DNA from: Epithemia pelagica
Lineage: Eukaryota; Protista; Bacillariophyta
NCBI GenBank assembly: GCA_946965045.2
Contig: OX337232.1
Location: forward strand, 1,178,001-1,242,000
Length of the DNA: 64,000 bases
Direction of reading: 5' to 3'
Part shown: positions 19,131 to 32,453 of the stretch, piece after piece
Layout of the letters: every line of letters starts with the position of its first letter
Position numbering within the stretch: the stretch's first letter is position 1
Translations under genes and position numbers: made by a program
The notes under the pieces: model-generated
What the model was told of the DNA's origin: nothing
What the model saw: only the letters and a program-made list of their open reading frames with translations
The model's database searches: none

Positions 19131-21789
19131 ATGATGACAACAATGCCCGGTTTGGCCACCTCCAGACTTCTCTGGTTTTCTTTCTGCCTTTTGTTTTGTC
19201 GGATTCATGCCGCCCTGGAATATTCCGACTTGGAACGCCGACAAAGCACAACCACCATCACCACTTGCAATGAGCCCTATGAGCCCTTTGACTTTAGTTG
19301 CATTCCTGAAGCTCAGACCGTCAACGAATCCATCGCTCGGTACCAAGATCGTAAAAATTTGGTATTAGAGTGGTTTACCCAAAGCACACTTCCCTTCGAC
19401 TGCCAAGGTGTCGACTCGGACAATGATCCGACAACATACTGCCTCTTGGACACCCGGTCCGAAACCCGCCGTCTCTGTGATTGGACCATTGCCAATCTTA
19501 TTCTTGGCCGAAACGTTAGTGCTGCAGAAACCATTTTATTGAACTCTGAAACTATTCCATTTGGTATTACTGGATCCGGAGTGAGCAAGTTAGATCCCAA
19601 TGCTGTTTGCTATCGCAAGGGTGACTACGACTTTGCTCTCATCAACTTTTTGCATCTGGTCTATACATACCGCACCCAAGACCCTGCTTATCTCACCAAC
19701 CCAGCCTATTTGAAGATCGTCAACGAACTGCTTACTTTCTTTGGCAGTGAACATGACCAATACGTTGGTCTACAATGCAGGGTTTGGTGGTTTACTGTGA
19801 ATATAAGGTTTGAAGATACGGAGAATCACGTTGTCATGGAGGAGGTTGCACAGTATTTGACCAATCAACTCAAAGCGGAACTCGATTCACTCAGTGGTAT
19901 TTACAATGAAGGCCTCGACAATGAAGTCAATGATAACAACGCCTTCATGTTGGACTTCCTTGGCCAGTTCTTTACGGAGTATTTTGACGAATACAATTCT
20001 CGAAACTACCAAGGCTATACAATGTTGGCGTTGACGCTTCTCCGAGACCATGCACAAGACACCAGGGTTGTCACTGCCGCCACGATGCTAATGGATTTGG
20101 TTACAGGATGGTCAGCCATTCAAACAAATAAGGGACGTCGATACTCACCCTTTCGGAGACAAAACGAGTTTATCTTGGCCGACGAGATTGAAAAAACTCA
20201 GGGTTGGTTTGCTTGGGCAGGCGATGGCGGTACGTGACTGACAAAGTTTATTGTTGAGATGGTTTCTGTATAATTGTGGTTACTAACCAGAAACGGCGAT
20301 CCTAACGGTATCATCCTCTTCAACTTGTAGAAATGGAACGCCTGGCGATGACAATCGGCAATTACGGGTATCTGGAAGATGAAAACTAGGTGTTACCACT
20401 CAGCGTTGGAGACGGTCAGCGACACTTCATCTTGTATGCTGCCACAACAGACTACAACGTGGAACAGGTCCTTTTGGACTTGGCAATTGGCGGGGGTACC
20501 CCTCAGTTCTTTGTTGCGTCGCATGATACGATTGAAATCTATTACTCCTCTCCAAAATTTTTGTTATCGGCTGGAGGCGTCTATCAAGAAGGCCTTAATC
20601 TTGACTATCAAGGCGTTCCAAGGTTTTTGCGATCTACTGTCCAGAATCTCGTAAGCGGAAATGAATTCGACGGATGGGCACAACCCACTACGTTGGTTCC
20701 AACCGAGGAGTCTAGTGCCACATTCGCGATATGATTCAATTCGGGGGAAGCAAAACCCTTGAAGGTATGAACAATGGCTGTGTCGCACCGGCGTTTGCCT
20801 GTGGTATTTCACCCTATTTGGGCAACAAGGTTAATGCGGTGGAAGCAGCTGGATGTCGTAATTCAACACATGGCAATTGGACGTTCTTTGATTTTACCTC
20901 GACTGATTGCCCACTTCAGTATGGCTTTTATCTTGCTTTCTACAACCAGACATGCGATACCGACCGATGTTTGTCTGACTCACGTACAGGGACGTTTGGT
21001 CTTTTGGAAGTTATGGAATCTTCGCAATCCCTTTCATTCGATTCCTTTGTTGCTCATGTCAAGGAAAATAACCCAAGCGATTTCTTGTCGGAAGGAGTTC
21101 AAACTTACACCACAACTGCGGGCGACGTTATTGAGTTTGAAGTACATCCTTCCACTATGACGACTTCTTCGCTTGTTTCTCTCAACGGAGAACCGTTTGG
21201 AAGGGATACGAGAACTTGGCCCATGGTCCGAGGGAACGTGGTTCAGTCCACAACCCCTGGTCGTTTTACGTTTGATAGTCCTGATCTCGGCAAGCGGTTG
21301 ATTCTGGACATGACAAACCCTACCAATCCGGTGCGACTGTACAAAGACCTGCCTTCTCTCACGAAAGAGGGGGAAGTCGGATCAAAGATTATGGGAACCT
21401 TTTTTGATGACAGTGGAGTCGTATATCCTGGCTTGGGTATCGAGTTTATCGAGGTGACGTACTTCGCTGGCAAGTTACGGTTCATGAGAATTCAGTGGAG
21501 GGATCAACGCTTATCCGAGCACGGTGCTTCGTGGGGACTCACACCCGACAGGCTGGACTTGCTTGATGGCGACTTCATTGCAGAAGTTGGAATAGGATCA
21601 AGTACGAACAATGGGATTGATTACCTAAGTATCTCGACCCACTTCGGAAGCAGCCTTGTAGTCGGTTCAAGCACAAACCCAGAGACCTTTGCTTTAACAG
21701 ACGCTTCTGAGGAGATTGTTGCATTTTACGGGCACTCCAACCAAAATGGAATTTTTGGCCTTGGTGTGGTGTATACCACTGCTTTTTAG
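19131..21789 (+). pseudogene. Secreted protein: uncharacterised alpha-helical enzyme-like domain plus C-terminal jacalin-like lectin; apparently disrupted
   Basis: Signal peptide; motifs KGDYDF, DTENH, FDEYNSRNYQGY, RRYSPFRR; jacalin-type C-terminus (EHG, STHFGS, IVAFYGHS..IFGLGVVY). Candidate intron 20230-20330, in-frame TAG at 20387-20389, frameshift near 20731. Confidence 0.6.
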
Positions 21790-22071
21790 TGGTCATTGTG
21801 ATTATGATCTAACAAACAGACCGTACTTGGTGAGAAGATAGTGATTGATAGCAAAACTTTCCAATCGGCCTATCGTTAGGCAATTGGTTGATATAGCGAA
21901 ATCTTTTTTCTTTCGACGCTAGACAAGGCGCTCTTTTTCACACTCACCTGCTGATTGGTTGACCTTGATTGGTTGGTAGAAAGGATCTCGAGAATGAGTA
22001 TGTTGGTTGTGGTTGGAGATCATCTCCTCCTCCTCTTCCTCTTTTGGGAGATGACACATTTGCGTGTGAGT

Positions 22072-24150
22072 TTAGGTCCAGGGCAACCAATTGGGATGCA
22101 TCACAATACCCAACACATTGTACAAGATACAATATCCTACCAGCAGCTCTCCCCAATTCATGGGCCACCACACCAATCGAATCTCTGGCGTTTTCTGATT
22201 GTTGTTGTCATCTTTCCCATCCCGCAGTCGTTGTGACGATGACATGTCGTCTACCAACCGATCCATGTACCAATACAAGACCGGACAAGAACTACAGAGT
22301 AACCGTGTTGCAATTTGAACATGAGCCGTGGTCAAGGTTAGCAGGGCGGACACAGCCAAGACTGCATACAAGGCCAATACGTCCTCAGACAAGGAGCAGT
22401 GTCTTGGCAACGACAACATCATCGAGGATGACGACGACCTGTCCTTGTCGTTTGGGGAACGGGATGAGACATGGAAGGTAGTCGGCGGTGGGGGATCGGC
22501 CGCCGCCGCACGGAGTGCCGTGACGGTCCAGAGCACAAGTTTTCGGGGAACAGACCAACACCATGAGGTGGACGACGAGTGTCTCCTCCAGTCGGGATCG
22601 TCGTCATTCTTTTTTGTCAAGTCCACGAAGGTTCGTTTCCAGCTCGTGACAATCCAGGCCCAGGCGGCGGCTCCCGACAAGACATGAATGGGAGTGGCCA
22701 AGAGGAAATTGGGTACTTGTTGCCATTGGTAATATCGAAACCATCCCACATTCCAATACTTTGCTTGAATGTAGGGATAGAGATAAAAGAATTCACTACG
22801 ACACCAGTCCGGAACGGCTTCGTCGTCGTCCGCAATGTGATTGGAACAATGTGCGGCCACGGCCACGGTATTGTGCCAAACAAGTGGAAGGGCCAGCACA
22901 ACCATGGCTAGAGTGTAGCACAGTATTCGACCCCAAACGGCATACCAGGACAAGAATGGTTGAATGATTTGTCCGAATCCATACAGGAGGAAGAAGCCTG
23001 CATACACTATTCCATTCGAACGACTGGAACAGGCCACCGTCCAGAGAGTGGCACCAAGCCACCACAGTAGATTCTTTTTCATGGGCGGAGCATGATGTTG
23101 ACGTGATTCCCAAATCATCCATGTTCCGGTAAAGACCAGAGCGGCAAAGAGGGATTCCGAGTAGGCTGCCACAAAAAAGACAGCGGCTGGATTCATGGCA
23201 AACAAGAGTGATACTCGGGTGGCCCATTGTCGAGCCACTCTGGGCGATTCATTCTTTTGGATTGCGTGCGCATGTGTGAACTGATACAAACTGTAGAGTG
23301 CGACACAGAAACAGCAGGTATTGAGGACCCATGCCGACAAAACCAAGACACCTTCGCAAGTAATGGGAAGAATGAACGGGGGAAATAGCCACAGTAGACA
23401 AAGCGCCACGAGTTGAATGCAATAGGGATACAAGGGAAAGAAGGCATGGGCCATTTCCGATTCCATAAAGGCATCTGGTTGTTGTTGTTGTTGTGTATCT
23501 GTAGCAGTGTCAGATTCACGGTTTGGCACACGCAATTGAGGTCTTAGGGCTAGTCGAAGAAATCGAGCAGAATCCCATCTTGTCAAGGGTGTCAAGAAGA
23601 AGGGATAAATGGTCGTTTGCAAGTAGTTCTCTTTTTCATTCTGTTCGTCATCATCACAGTGCCGTCGTCGCGGAATCCAAAAGGAGGGCGAATCACCATC
23701 CGAATCTTCTCGATCCAGTCCGTCCTTCCAGGTACATGTCAATCCACAGTCACAAAATGTTCCACGCTCGGCAAAACAAAACGGAGATGCATCGGAAACA
23801 CCATTGCCATGGCTTCGTTGTGGTTGGTTTCTCGTCGTTGTCCTGAGGTGGAATTGGACCACATCATCTCCTGGATACACCCAGTGTGAAGGAATGAGAG
23901 CACATGAGCAAGCCATGAGCAACGTGATGACCATTCGTCCCATGAAACCTGCTTGCCATACAATCGCATGGATGTTGCTGCTACTGGGTTGTTGTGGCTC
24001 GAACCAATCCACGGCCTGATCCAACCAATGCATCACCCTCCAACGGCAAATTATGGTTCGTCCATGATAGTGCGGGCCCTCGCCTTGTTGTTTGTTGGGA
24101 ACTGGAGTTCTGGCCGTATTCGTCATGGATGTTGACCTTTTTGTCGTCAT
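22072..24150 (-). CDS. PIGV: GPI mannosyltransferase II (PIG-V/Gpi18)
   Basis: LTRWDSARFL, NPAAVFFVAAYSESLF, RSNG, YIQAKYWNVGWFRYYQWQQVPNFLLATP. Confidence 0.9.
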   Translation of the reverse strand: MTTKRSTSMTNTARTPVPNKQQGEGPHYHGRTIICRWRVMHWLDQAVDWFEPQQPSSSNIHAIVWQAGFMGRMVITLLMACSCALIPSHWVYPGDDVVQFHLRTTTRNQPQRSHGNGVSDASPFCFAERGTFCDCGLTCTWKDGLDREDSDGDSPSFWIPRRRHCDDDEQNEKENYLQTTIYPFFLTPLTRWDSARFLRLALRPQLRVPNRESDTATDTQQQQQPDAFMESEMAHAFFPLYPYCIQLVALCLLWLFPPFILPITCEGVLVLSAWVLNTCCFCVALYSLYQFTHAHAIQKNESPRVARQWATRVSLLFAMNPAAVFFVAAYSESLFAALVFTGTWMIWESRQHHAPPMKKNLLWWLGATLWTVACSSRSNGIVYAGFFLLYGFGQIIQPFLSWYAVWGRILCYTLAMVVLALPLVWHNTVAVAAHCSNHIADDDEAVPDWCRSEFFYLYPYIQAKYWNVGWFRYYQWQQVPNFLLATPIHVLSGAAAWAWIVTSWKRTFVDLTKKNDDDPDWRRHSSSTSWCWSVPRKLVLWTVTALRAAAADPPPPTTFHVSSRSPNDKDRSSSSSMMLSLPRHCSLSEDVLALYAVLAVSALLTLTTAHVQIATRLLCSSCPVLYWYMDRLVDDMSSSQRLRDGKDDNNNQKTPEIRLVWWPMNWGELLVGYCILYNVLGIVMHPNWLPWT

Positions 24151-24824
24151 GCGGTCGTCATTGGTGTTGCCTCTCGGATTTGCAGCATCAAATTAAGTCG
24201 TCTTTAAGTCGTCTCTGGATCGCTTAATAGTGGAACGATATTTTCAAAAAGCACTTTTTTGCTCCACTTGGTTGGGGATTGGGAACAACAACAGAAAATG
24301 GTAAACGGTGGTCTCATGCCCCTTCTGGTGATGGTGAGCATGAAAGTCAACAAGATGAAAACCAACGATTCTCCACTGGACCCTGTTGGGGGGAGCAACT
24401 TGAAAGGATGAACCAGGAAAGCTGAGACTGTGGAAATTGTCTTGCGTGTAGTGTCGCAAGAAAACGAAGGCCGGGACCCGAAAGCCTCGTTTCTGAGCAA
24501 TCCAGTCCGGAAGACATCTGAATTGGATACCCAAGGGAACAAACTCGTCAGGAAAAAACCAACAGTTCCCCTGCGAAAGTCGGTAGACCGTGATTCATCA
24601 TGCTGTAAATTCCATGGCCAGTAGCACCCGTCTCAACCATGGCCAGAAAGAGGAAAGAAAAGGAGAAACGGAATCCTGGATATAGATTATACAAGAAACA
24701 TTAATTAAATCACATTTGTTTCTAGAGCTTTGCGCAACACTGCGTCAATTTGCCAAGTGTTTTGACACAGTGGAGTCGAGGTACATTTTTCATTCGTCAG
24801 ATTTGGACAAACAAAAACACATCA

Positions 24825-27800
24825 CTATTCTTGGATGCAGGGATTCGTACAGCAGGGAGTGTTACCAATAGTGGGTGCCTCGACACACAAAGGACAATCT
24901 GCCACAAATTCATTCAGGAACCCTTGGCGCAACAAGCAGAGACGGGGTGGTATTTGCCCTTCCAAACGATTGTTTTCGATTGTAAGAGTTTCAAGACTGC
25001 CATATGTGCCCCATTCCGATGGAATTGTTCCTGTGAATAAGTTGTCGCTGAAAAACATCCTTTGTATTCCTTCACTACCGGCCCCAATCTCTGCGGGTAA
25101 TGTTCCGGTGAATTGGCAGCTCGTGGCTGAAAAGTTAATCAAGGTTGACAACGAAGACAAAAATGATGGAAGGGGACCACCAAAGTTGTTCATGTCGACC
25201 CACGAAATTTCTGTACCCAAACAAGAAAAGAAAGTTGAGGGACCCGATTGGTTCCATTTCCGAGACACACACAAAAGTGACAACGTACCAATTGACGTCA
25301 TTTGTTCCATAAAATCGATGCTTCCAGTCATACCGCAGTTTCTGATGTAGAGGAACCTTAAAGAAGGAAGGTCTCCAATTGTGACTGGGATTTCAGAATT
25401 GTAAAAGTTGGCCTCAATGTCAATAAACGCTAGGAGCTGGAATGAGGAAAGGAGAAGAAGGATCAATTGCTTTCGTGAAGGTGACGTACCTAGGGCAGTC
25501 ATATCCGCTTGAAACGCAGTCTCATTCAAAGGACCTGTATATAAAGTCCTTGCGGCACCATATGCGACGAGTTCTTTCAGGTTACCGATATCTGTAGGGA
25601 CACCCTCATGCGAAATAAAGTTTGCATCGTCATAACGAAGATCAGCAAGCTTTGTAAGTTGGCCCAAAACGGTGCTGTACTCGGGTGTAGCAAAACTGTA
25701 CGCCCTACCAAGATCAAGTACACGGAGAGATTCCTTGAATCGCACAAGTTCAGGAGGCACAGTTCCCGTTAGAGCATTGTTGAACTGTAAAAGAGTCGAC
25801 TGTTAGCTTGATGGACTTCAATTAAAATGACAATATACTATGCAGAGCAAACATACCATGTCAATTATGTCAATTCGGTTCGTGGTGGGATCACATCGTA
25901 GCCTTGCCCAGGTGCACTCGTCCGTATCCGTCAACCACCCAGTAGACTGAATCCAATTTGTATTGTTTCCTTCCCCAAACGCGAGATCAGTGAAAAATGT
26001 TTGAACTCCGTATGTTGCGTAGTACAGACACGCTAGCACCCACCGTTGAGCAATCTGTTCTTGCGACATACCAGTCCTGTCGGACTGACACAACCATTCC
26101 AGAGCCTGATTTTGGTACGAGTTTGGGTCGGTGAAATCATCAGCTCCGTTGAGGGATACTTCATTTATGATGAAATCAATTACAGTACATGGGGTTGGAA
26201 CCGGGGTAGGGGGATCTGTCAAAGGTAGGTTGGTGATAATCACAGGTGAGTCACTATTTCACACGAACGCAGCCATTGCTGATGAAACAAACGGATTTAC
26301 CTGTGCTTGGAGCTTGGGAAGGAACTTCTGATGGAATCGTAGATGGGAGACGTGTTGGGAACGATGAAGGAAGTTGTGTAGGAATGGTGGTAGGGCTAGC
26401 AGAGAGGGACATTGACGGGATTTGGGTCTGGGATGGCGAATCCGACGGTGACTCCGTAGGGACATGAGTCGGGAAGGCCGAAGGAACAAATGTCGGAGGT
26501 CTTGTTGGGGTCTCAGATGGTGTTGTTGACGGCGTCTCCGACGGTGATCCCGACGGTTCGTTGGATGGGCTCTGTGATGGCATATCTGACGGTGGATCGG
26601 TAGGGGTAAGTGTTGGGAATGCCGAAGGAACAAATGTCGGGGATCTTGTTGGAGTCTCAGATGGTGTTGTTGATGGGCTTTCCGATGGTGATCCCGATGG
26701 TATGTAAGATGGGCTCTGGGACGGCGAATCTGACGGTGGATCGGTTGGGGCAACTGTCGGGAAGGCTGAAGGAACAAATGTCGGGACTCTTGTTGGGCTC
26801 TCAGATGGTGTTGTTGATGGGCTCTTCGATGGTGACTCCGAAGGTACGTTAGTTGGGGGTGTTGTTCTTGGAGTGTTTGTAGGATTTCGGGATGGCGAGT
26901 CGGAAGGCAGGGAAGTGGGATACGAGGAAGGAGAGGTCGTAGGGGCTTGCGAAGACGGTTGCGATGATGGGACGCCAGAGGGATGCTCTGTGGGGCCGAC
27001 AGAAGGTGATGTTGAAGGTATTTCAGACGGCGGGTTTGTCGGACCAACCGTCGGACGAAGGCTTGTCGGCCTAGTCGATGGAGTCGTAGACGGAAGAGAT
27101 GAAGGTTGTGCTGAGGGGGCTTCAGTGGGTTGTTTCGTGGGATCCTTTGTTGGAGTCGAAGACGGTCCAGACGATGGGATAAAAGTGGGGAATGAGGAAG
27201 GGCTCACCGAGAATGCTTCAGTTGGAAAAACTGATGGTTCAAAGCTCGGTTGATTGGAAGGGAAAATCCCTTGAGTTGGAAGAAATGACGGTTGAATAGA
27301 GGGAGGAAAAGATGATTCGTCGGAGGCGACAGACGTCGGCGAAACGGACGGTAGTTGAGAGGGACTCAATGAGGGAAGTGTTGAAGGAGTCCACGAGGGT
27401 CCTCTTGATGGCACAACCGAAGGTGACTGAGACGGTAGTGCTGTTGGATGATGTGATGGCGTTGAGCTCGGTGTTGAAGATGGTACATGACTTGGATCTA
27501 CTGATGCTGTTACCGAAGGTGACGATGACGGTGCCAAGGAAGGTCCATTATCAGATGGAGTGATGGACGGAGTGCTAGATGGAATTTGCGATGGCTTGGA
27601 ACTTGGCCATGTCGATGGTTCTGATGACGGAGAATTCGATGAAGTCAGTGATGGGAGATCCGAAGGAGTTTCGGATGGCACCGAAGAAGGCGAACCATTG
27701 GGAGTAACAGAGGGCACTGATGTATTACTCGATGGTCCATGGGTAGGAATCGCCGATGGATATTCAGAAGGAAAAGCTGATGGTTCTTGTGTCAAGCGGA

Positions 27801-30800
27801 CAGAAGGAGAAGTGCTTGGGGACAAAGATGGAGTTGATGATGTTGGTGGCGAAGACCTTTCATCAGACGGAGCCTGCGAAGGCATTGAAGTTGGCTGTTC
27901 CGATGGAACACTGGACAGTCTCAAAGATGGGTAAGAAGAGGGCACATTTGAAGGAATCTCGGATGGAGTGTCAGATGGATTCGAAGATGGTGTGCTACTT
28001 GAGGTAATCGATGGTTGCATTGATGGAGTCCACGATGGCCCACCTGACGGGCTTGATGACGGAGTTTGCGATGGTCTAGTCGAAGGGGGATCACTTGAGG
28101 GTGTGTGTGATGGAACCTCCGACGGTCCGTTAGAAGGAATAATAGAAGGTGAGCTTGATGGTTCATTGGTAGGTGAAATGGAAGGACGACTACTGGGGGA
28201 GTTTGATGGTTCACTGGAAGGATCATGGGTCGGATTCATTGAAGGTATCGATGATGGTCCACTCGACGGCCCGGACGAATGCGTTTCAGATGGTGTTTCT
28301 GTTGGCCACTCTGATGGTCGTTCCGAAGGCATAGACGACGGAATTTGCGACGGCACAAAACTTGGTTGTAATGAGGGTGCATCTGACGGTGATTGGATGG
28401 GTTGGTGCAAGGGAGTCAAAGAAGGTTGTTTCGATGGCCTTAGTGAAGGTTCGGACGACGGGGAATGCGAAGGTCGTAGTGAAGGACGCAAAGAAGGATT
28501 TGCCGACGGTCTCGAAGATGGAGATGCAGTAGGCAAGGATGATGGACGCGCAGACGGTATTCCAGAAGGATTGGACGACGGTGAACGTGATGGCTCCGTC
28601 GACGGAAAGTTCGATGGACGCACAGATGGTGTATCCGAAGGCATCGAAGATGGCGAATGGGATGGTTCCATCGACGGAGAGTTGGATGGTCGCAGCGACG
28701 GACGCGCAGACGGCTCCTCCGATGGACTAGCCGACGGCACCTTAGAGGGAGAAGAACTCGGAGCCTTCGATGGTTCAATGGTGGGTTGATTCGACGGAAG
28801 TTGAGTGGGTGTCGACGAAGGAATACTTGAAGGAGTCTCCGATGGTTCACTTGATGGCCTTGACGACGGTGTATTCGAAGGCAAAGAAGATGGCGAATGG
28901 GATGGTTCCATCGACGGAGAGTTGGATGGTCGCAGCGACGGACGCGCAGACGGCTCCTCCGATGGACTAGCCGACGGCACCTTAGAGGGAGAAGAACTCG
29001 GAGCCTTCGATGGTTCAATGGTGGGTTGATTCGACGGAAGTTGAGTGGGTGTCGACGAAGGAATACTTGAAGGAGTCTCCGATGGTTCACTTGATGGCCT
29101 TGACGACGGTGTATTCGAAGGCAAAGAAGATGGCGAATGGGATGGTTCCATCGACGGAGAGTTGGATGGTCGCAGCGACGGACGCGCAGACGGCTCCTCC
29201 GATGGACTAGCCGACGGTACCTTGGAGGGAGAAGAACTCGGAGCCTTCGATGGTTCAATGGTGGGTTGATTCGACGGAAGCTGAGTGGGTGTCGACGAAG
29301 GAATACTTGAAGGAGTCTCCGATGGTTCACTTGATGGCCTTGACGACGGTGTATTCGAAGGCATCGAAGATGGCGAATGGGATGGTTCCATCGACGGAGA
29401 GTTGGATGGTCGCAGCGACGGACGCGCAGACGGCTCCTCCGATGGACTAGCCGACGGTACCTTAGAGGGAGAAGAACTCGGAGCCTTCGATGGTTCAATG
29501 GTGGGTTGATTCGACGGAAGTTGAGTGGGTGTCGACGAAGGAATACTTGAAGGAGTCTCCGATGGTTCACTTGATGGCCTTGACGACGGTGTATTCGAAG
29601 GCAAAGAAGATGGCGAATGGGATGGTTCCATCGATGGAGAGTTGGATGGTCGCAGCGACGGATGCGCAGACGGCTCCTCCGATGGACTAGCCGACGGTAC
29701 CTTGGAGGGAGAAGAACTAGGTGACGTCGATGGTTCAACGGTGGGTTGATTCGACGGAAGCTGAGTGGGCATTGACGAAGGAATACTTGAATGAGTCTCC
29801 GATGGTTCACTTGATGGCCTTGACGACGGTGTATTCGAAGGCAAAGAAGATGGCGAATGGGATGGTTCCATCGACGGAGAGTTGGATGGTCGCAGCGATG
29901 GACGCGCAGACGGCTCCTCCGATGGACTAGCCGACGGTACCTTAGAGGGAGAAGAACTTGGTGACGTCGATGGTTCAATGGTTGGTTGATTCGACGGAAG
30001 CTGAGTGGGCACCGACGAAGGAATACTTGAAGTAGTCTCCGATGGTTCACTTGATGGCCTTGACGAAGGCGATTCAGTAGGGTGTCCAGAGGGTTGAATC
30101 GAGGGCACGGAGGAGGGAAATTCTGATGGTTCAGAGCTTGGCTGTAACGAAGGGGTTTGTGACGGCGAATTTGAAGGCGATAGAGAGGGTTGATCAGTCG
30201 GGGCGAGTGTCGGCTCCTGCGATGGCGCTTCAGATGGCATTGTAGATGGCGAAGCGGACGGTTCCGTCGAAGGAGGGCTTGATGGTCGTAGCGACGGACG
30301 CGTCGAAGGTGCACGGGATGGCTCTTCTGATGGAGTAACAGACGGGATCTTAGATGGAGAAGTACTAGGGGACTTGGATGGAAAACTAGAAGGTTCAGTC
30401 GAAGGAGTTGTTGACGGTGTCCCAGATGGTACTCTAGATGGTTCCGACGATGGTCTTTCAGATGGCGATTTTGTTGGGTGTTCAGATGGCAAATCGGTCG
30501 GTGTCAGGGTCGGTTCATCAGATGGATTCTGCGACGGCTTTGACGAAGGTCCACTCGAAGGTTCAGACGAAGGAGAATTTGAAGGGTCCATTGATGGGAA
30601 CGATGAAGGCTTCATCGTAGGATTTGAAGTCGGAACGGCCGTTGGTACATTAGTTGGCTTTGTGGTTGGTTTAGGAGAAGGACGGTCAGAAGGTGTTGTT
30701 GATGGTGAGAAAGAAGGATCTTCGCTTGGCTTTGAAGATGGACTGTTCGACGGTTGTGATGAAGGGATTGGTGATGGCTTATCGGTAGGTGCCTTGGAAC

Positions 30801-31263
30801 GTGAAGGTAAAATAGTTGGGACAGATGGAGAACTAGATGGATCGGATGTGGGAATCATACTGAACGCATTTCGATTTTCTTCGATCGGAGTTGACAATAG
30901 CTTTTCCCAAAACCCAAGCACGTCAAATCTCTCTACATGTTCTGGCGAAATCACCTCGCCTTCCTTTTTCAAGTAGTATTCTCTGGTCTTTGTTGTGTCG
31001 ATAAGCTTCCTTCGCTCCTTGTACAGCGGGTTTTCGACAATTCCACGCTCCTCCAGGATTTTTTGTCCTTCAATATGGAGCCTTCGTCGATGAAGTCCGC
31101 GTGGATCACTCAAGAGCCTCCTTTCTTCATTTTCCTCCATCAGTTTCCGTTCCTCCTCAATCCTCGAAATATAGTCTTCATGACTGGTATAGGCATTTAT
31201 GCCGCGAAGGAAAACCAGACCATAAACGACAAGCATCCGTCGGTAAACCTTCAAGTCCTTCAT
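24825..31263 (-). CDS. ~2047-aa secreted protein: RXL-containing pro-region, ~1500-aa Pro/Ser/Thr repeat stalk, C-terminal LRR domain
   Basis: Exons 31263-26301, 26215-25857, 25784-25490, 25429-25289 and 25210-24825 join through GT-AG introns in frame (6144 nt). LRR motifs NNALTGTVPPEL, FTGTLPAEIG, NLFTGTIPSEW, NRLEGQIP; N-cap WLTDTDECTWARLRC. Confidence 0.85.
26430..26860 (-). repeat. About three 144-bp (48-aa) coding tandem repeats
   Basis: GC(C/T)GAAGGAACAAA recurs at 26477, 26621 and 26765 (TFVPSAFPT). Confidence 0.8.
28630..30069 (-). repeat. Six near-identical 240-bp (80-aa) coding tandem repeats
   Basis: Unit PSSRPSSEPSETPSSIPSSTPTQLPSNQPTIEPSKAPSSSPSKVPSASPSEEPSARPSLRPSNSPSMEPSHSPSSLPSNT; antisense ORFs recur at 240-bp period. 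Confidence 0.95.
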
Positions 31264-32453
31264 AGGGAACAATCTCGTGGTGGTTGGCCCAATTGATTAG
31301 TGTTGTTTGTTTTTGTGAATTTGGATAATCTTGCTGCACAGAATCTTTCTCCACAACTTTCAACCTTGGGTCATGTATGTCGATCGATTGTTCTGGTATC
31401 TTCTCTGGTCATTGAACACGATACTTCATCAATCTTGCTTCTTGCTTGCTTGTGGGGAAAAATGAAAGTACCCCATCTCATGGATTTCGCTCCTCGCTAA
31501 AGTGGCCCTTTCTGGCTTGCTTGTTTTGGTCATGCATCTTCTAACTCTTCTACCGACTCGTTAACTCATCGTACTTCTAATTAGATAAGCCTACTTAAGG
31601 CCTGACTCGACTGGCGCGAACCTCATCCCCCAGAGGACCCAAAAATTTGCGATCGCCTCATAGAATCAGTCGCGCTTCTACAGACAGTTCACATCTATCA
31701 GAGTTTTTATCAACTCTGCCACAAAATACAATTGACAAGCGGATTCGACATGAATGTTGGGAGATGTGCACACATACATACATTCCCCGACATTTGGAAC
31801 GCATAACGGGCGAGGTAACCATTGATTCGTCGTCGCAGAGGTTACAACCACATGCGTTTGGGGGACTGATCGCAACTGGAACCCTTTTCAAAAATTCTCG
31901 AGAATGGGCATGCAGTCAGAGGCAGGCAAAGAATGACAGCGAACCACGTCCATTTCCCAAATCTTTACCATCGTGTAATGGTGATTTCCAAAAACGAGAA
32001 GTGAGATAACCCAAATCATCAAATATACAGCAGAGCAATCAACTCTACTTCATGAAGCATGCGATCATGTTCTTTGTTTCTCTCTCCATAGAATCAATAA
32101 GCAGACCTACACTTCGCCGTCGGTGCTGTGCTTACGCGACTATTCAAAAAGTCCTGTCTATACAGCAGTAGAAACGAACGAGCTTGTCTGTCGAAACATG
32201 ATTTTTTTCTAGTGCGGATCGAGACTCCACGGTTGCGGACCAGAACTGCATAGTGGGAATGTGAGCTTCCATGCTATAGATTGTAGATTCATTCATCGGA
32301 AGGACAGGTTGTGCCCTTGCCCTTTGGTTGAGAGTGTTTTCCCTGATCACACATCGCGGATTGACAAAAAAATGGATTCGGTCGCGAATCAGCCGCGTGA
32401 ACGGTGACCATCCACTGCCGACTGACACCACCTCATCCTCGACCACTGCGACC

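Noticed and set aside
28630-30069. CRISPR-like or satellite array
   Set aside because: 240-bp in-frame coding repeats with no unique spacers, in a eukaryotic gene.
28440-30314. 624-aa Arg/His-rich ORF and periodic Asp/Gly-rich antisense ORFs
   Set aside because: Alternative-frame shadows of the PS-repeat coding sequence.
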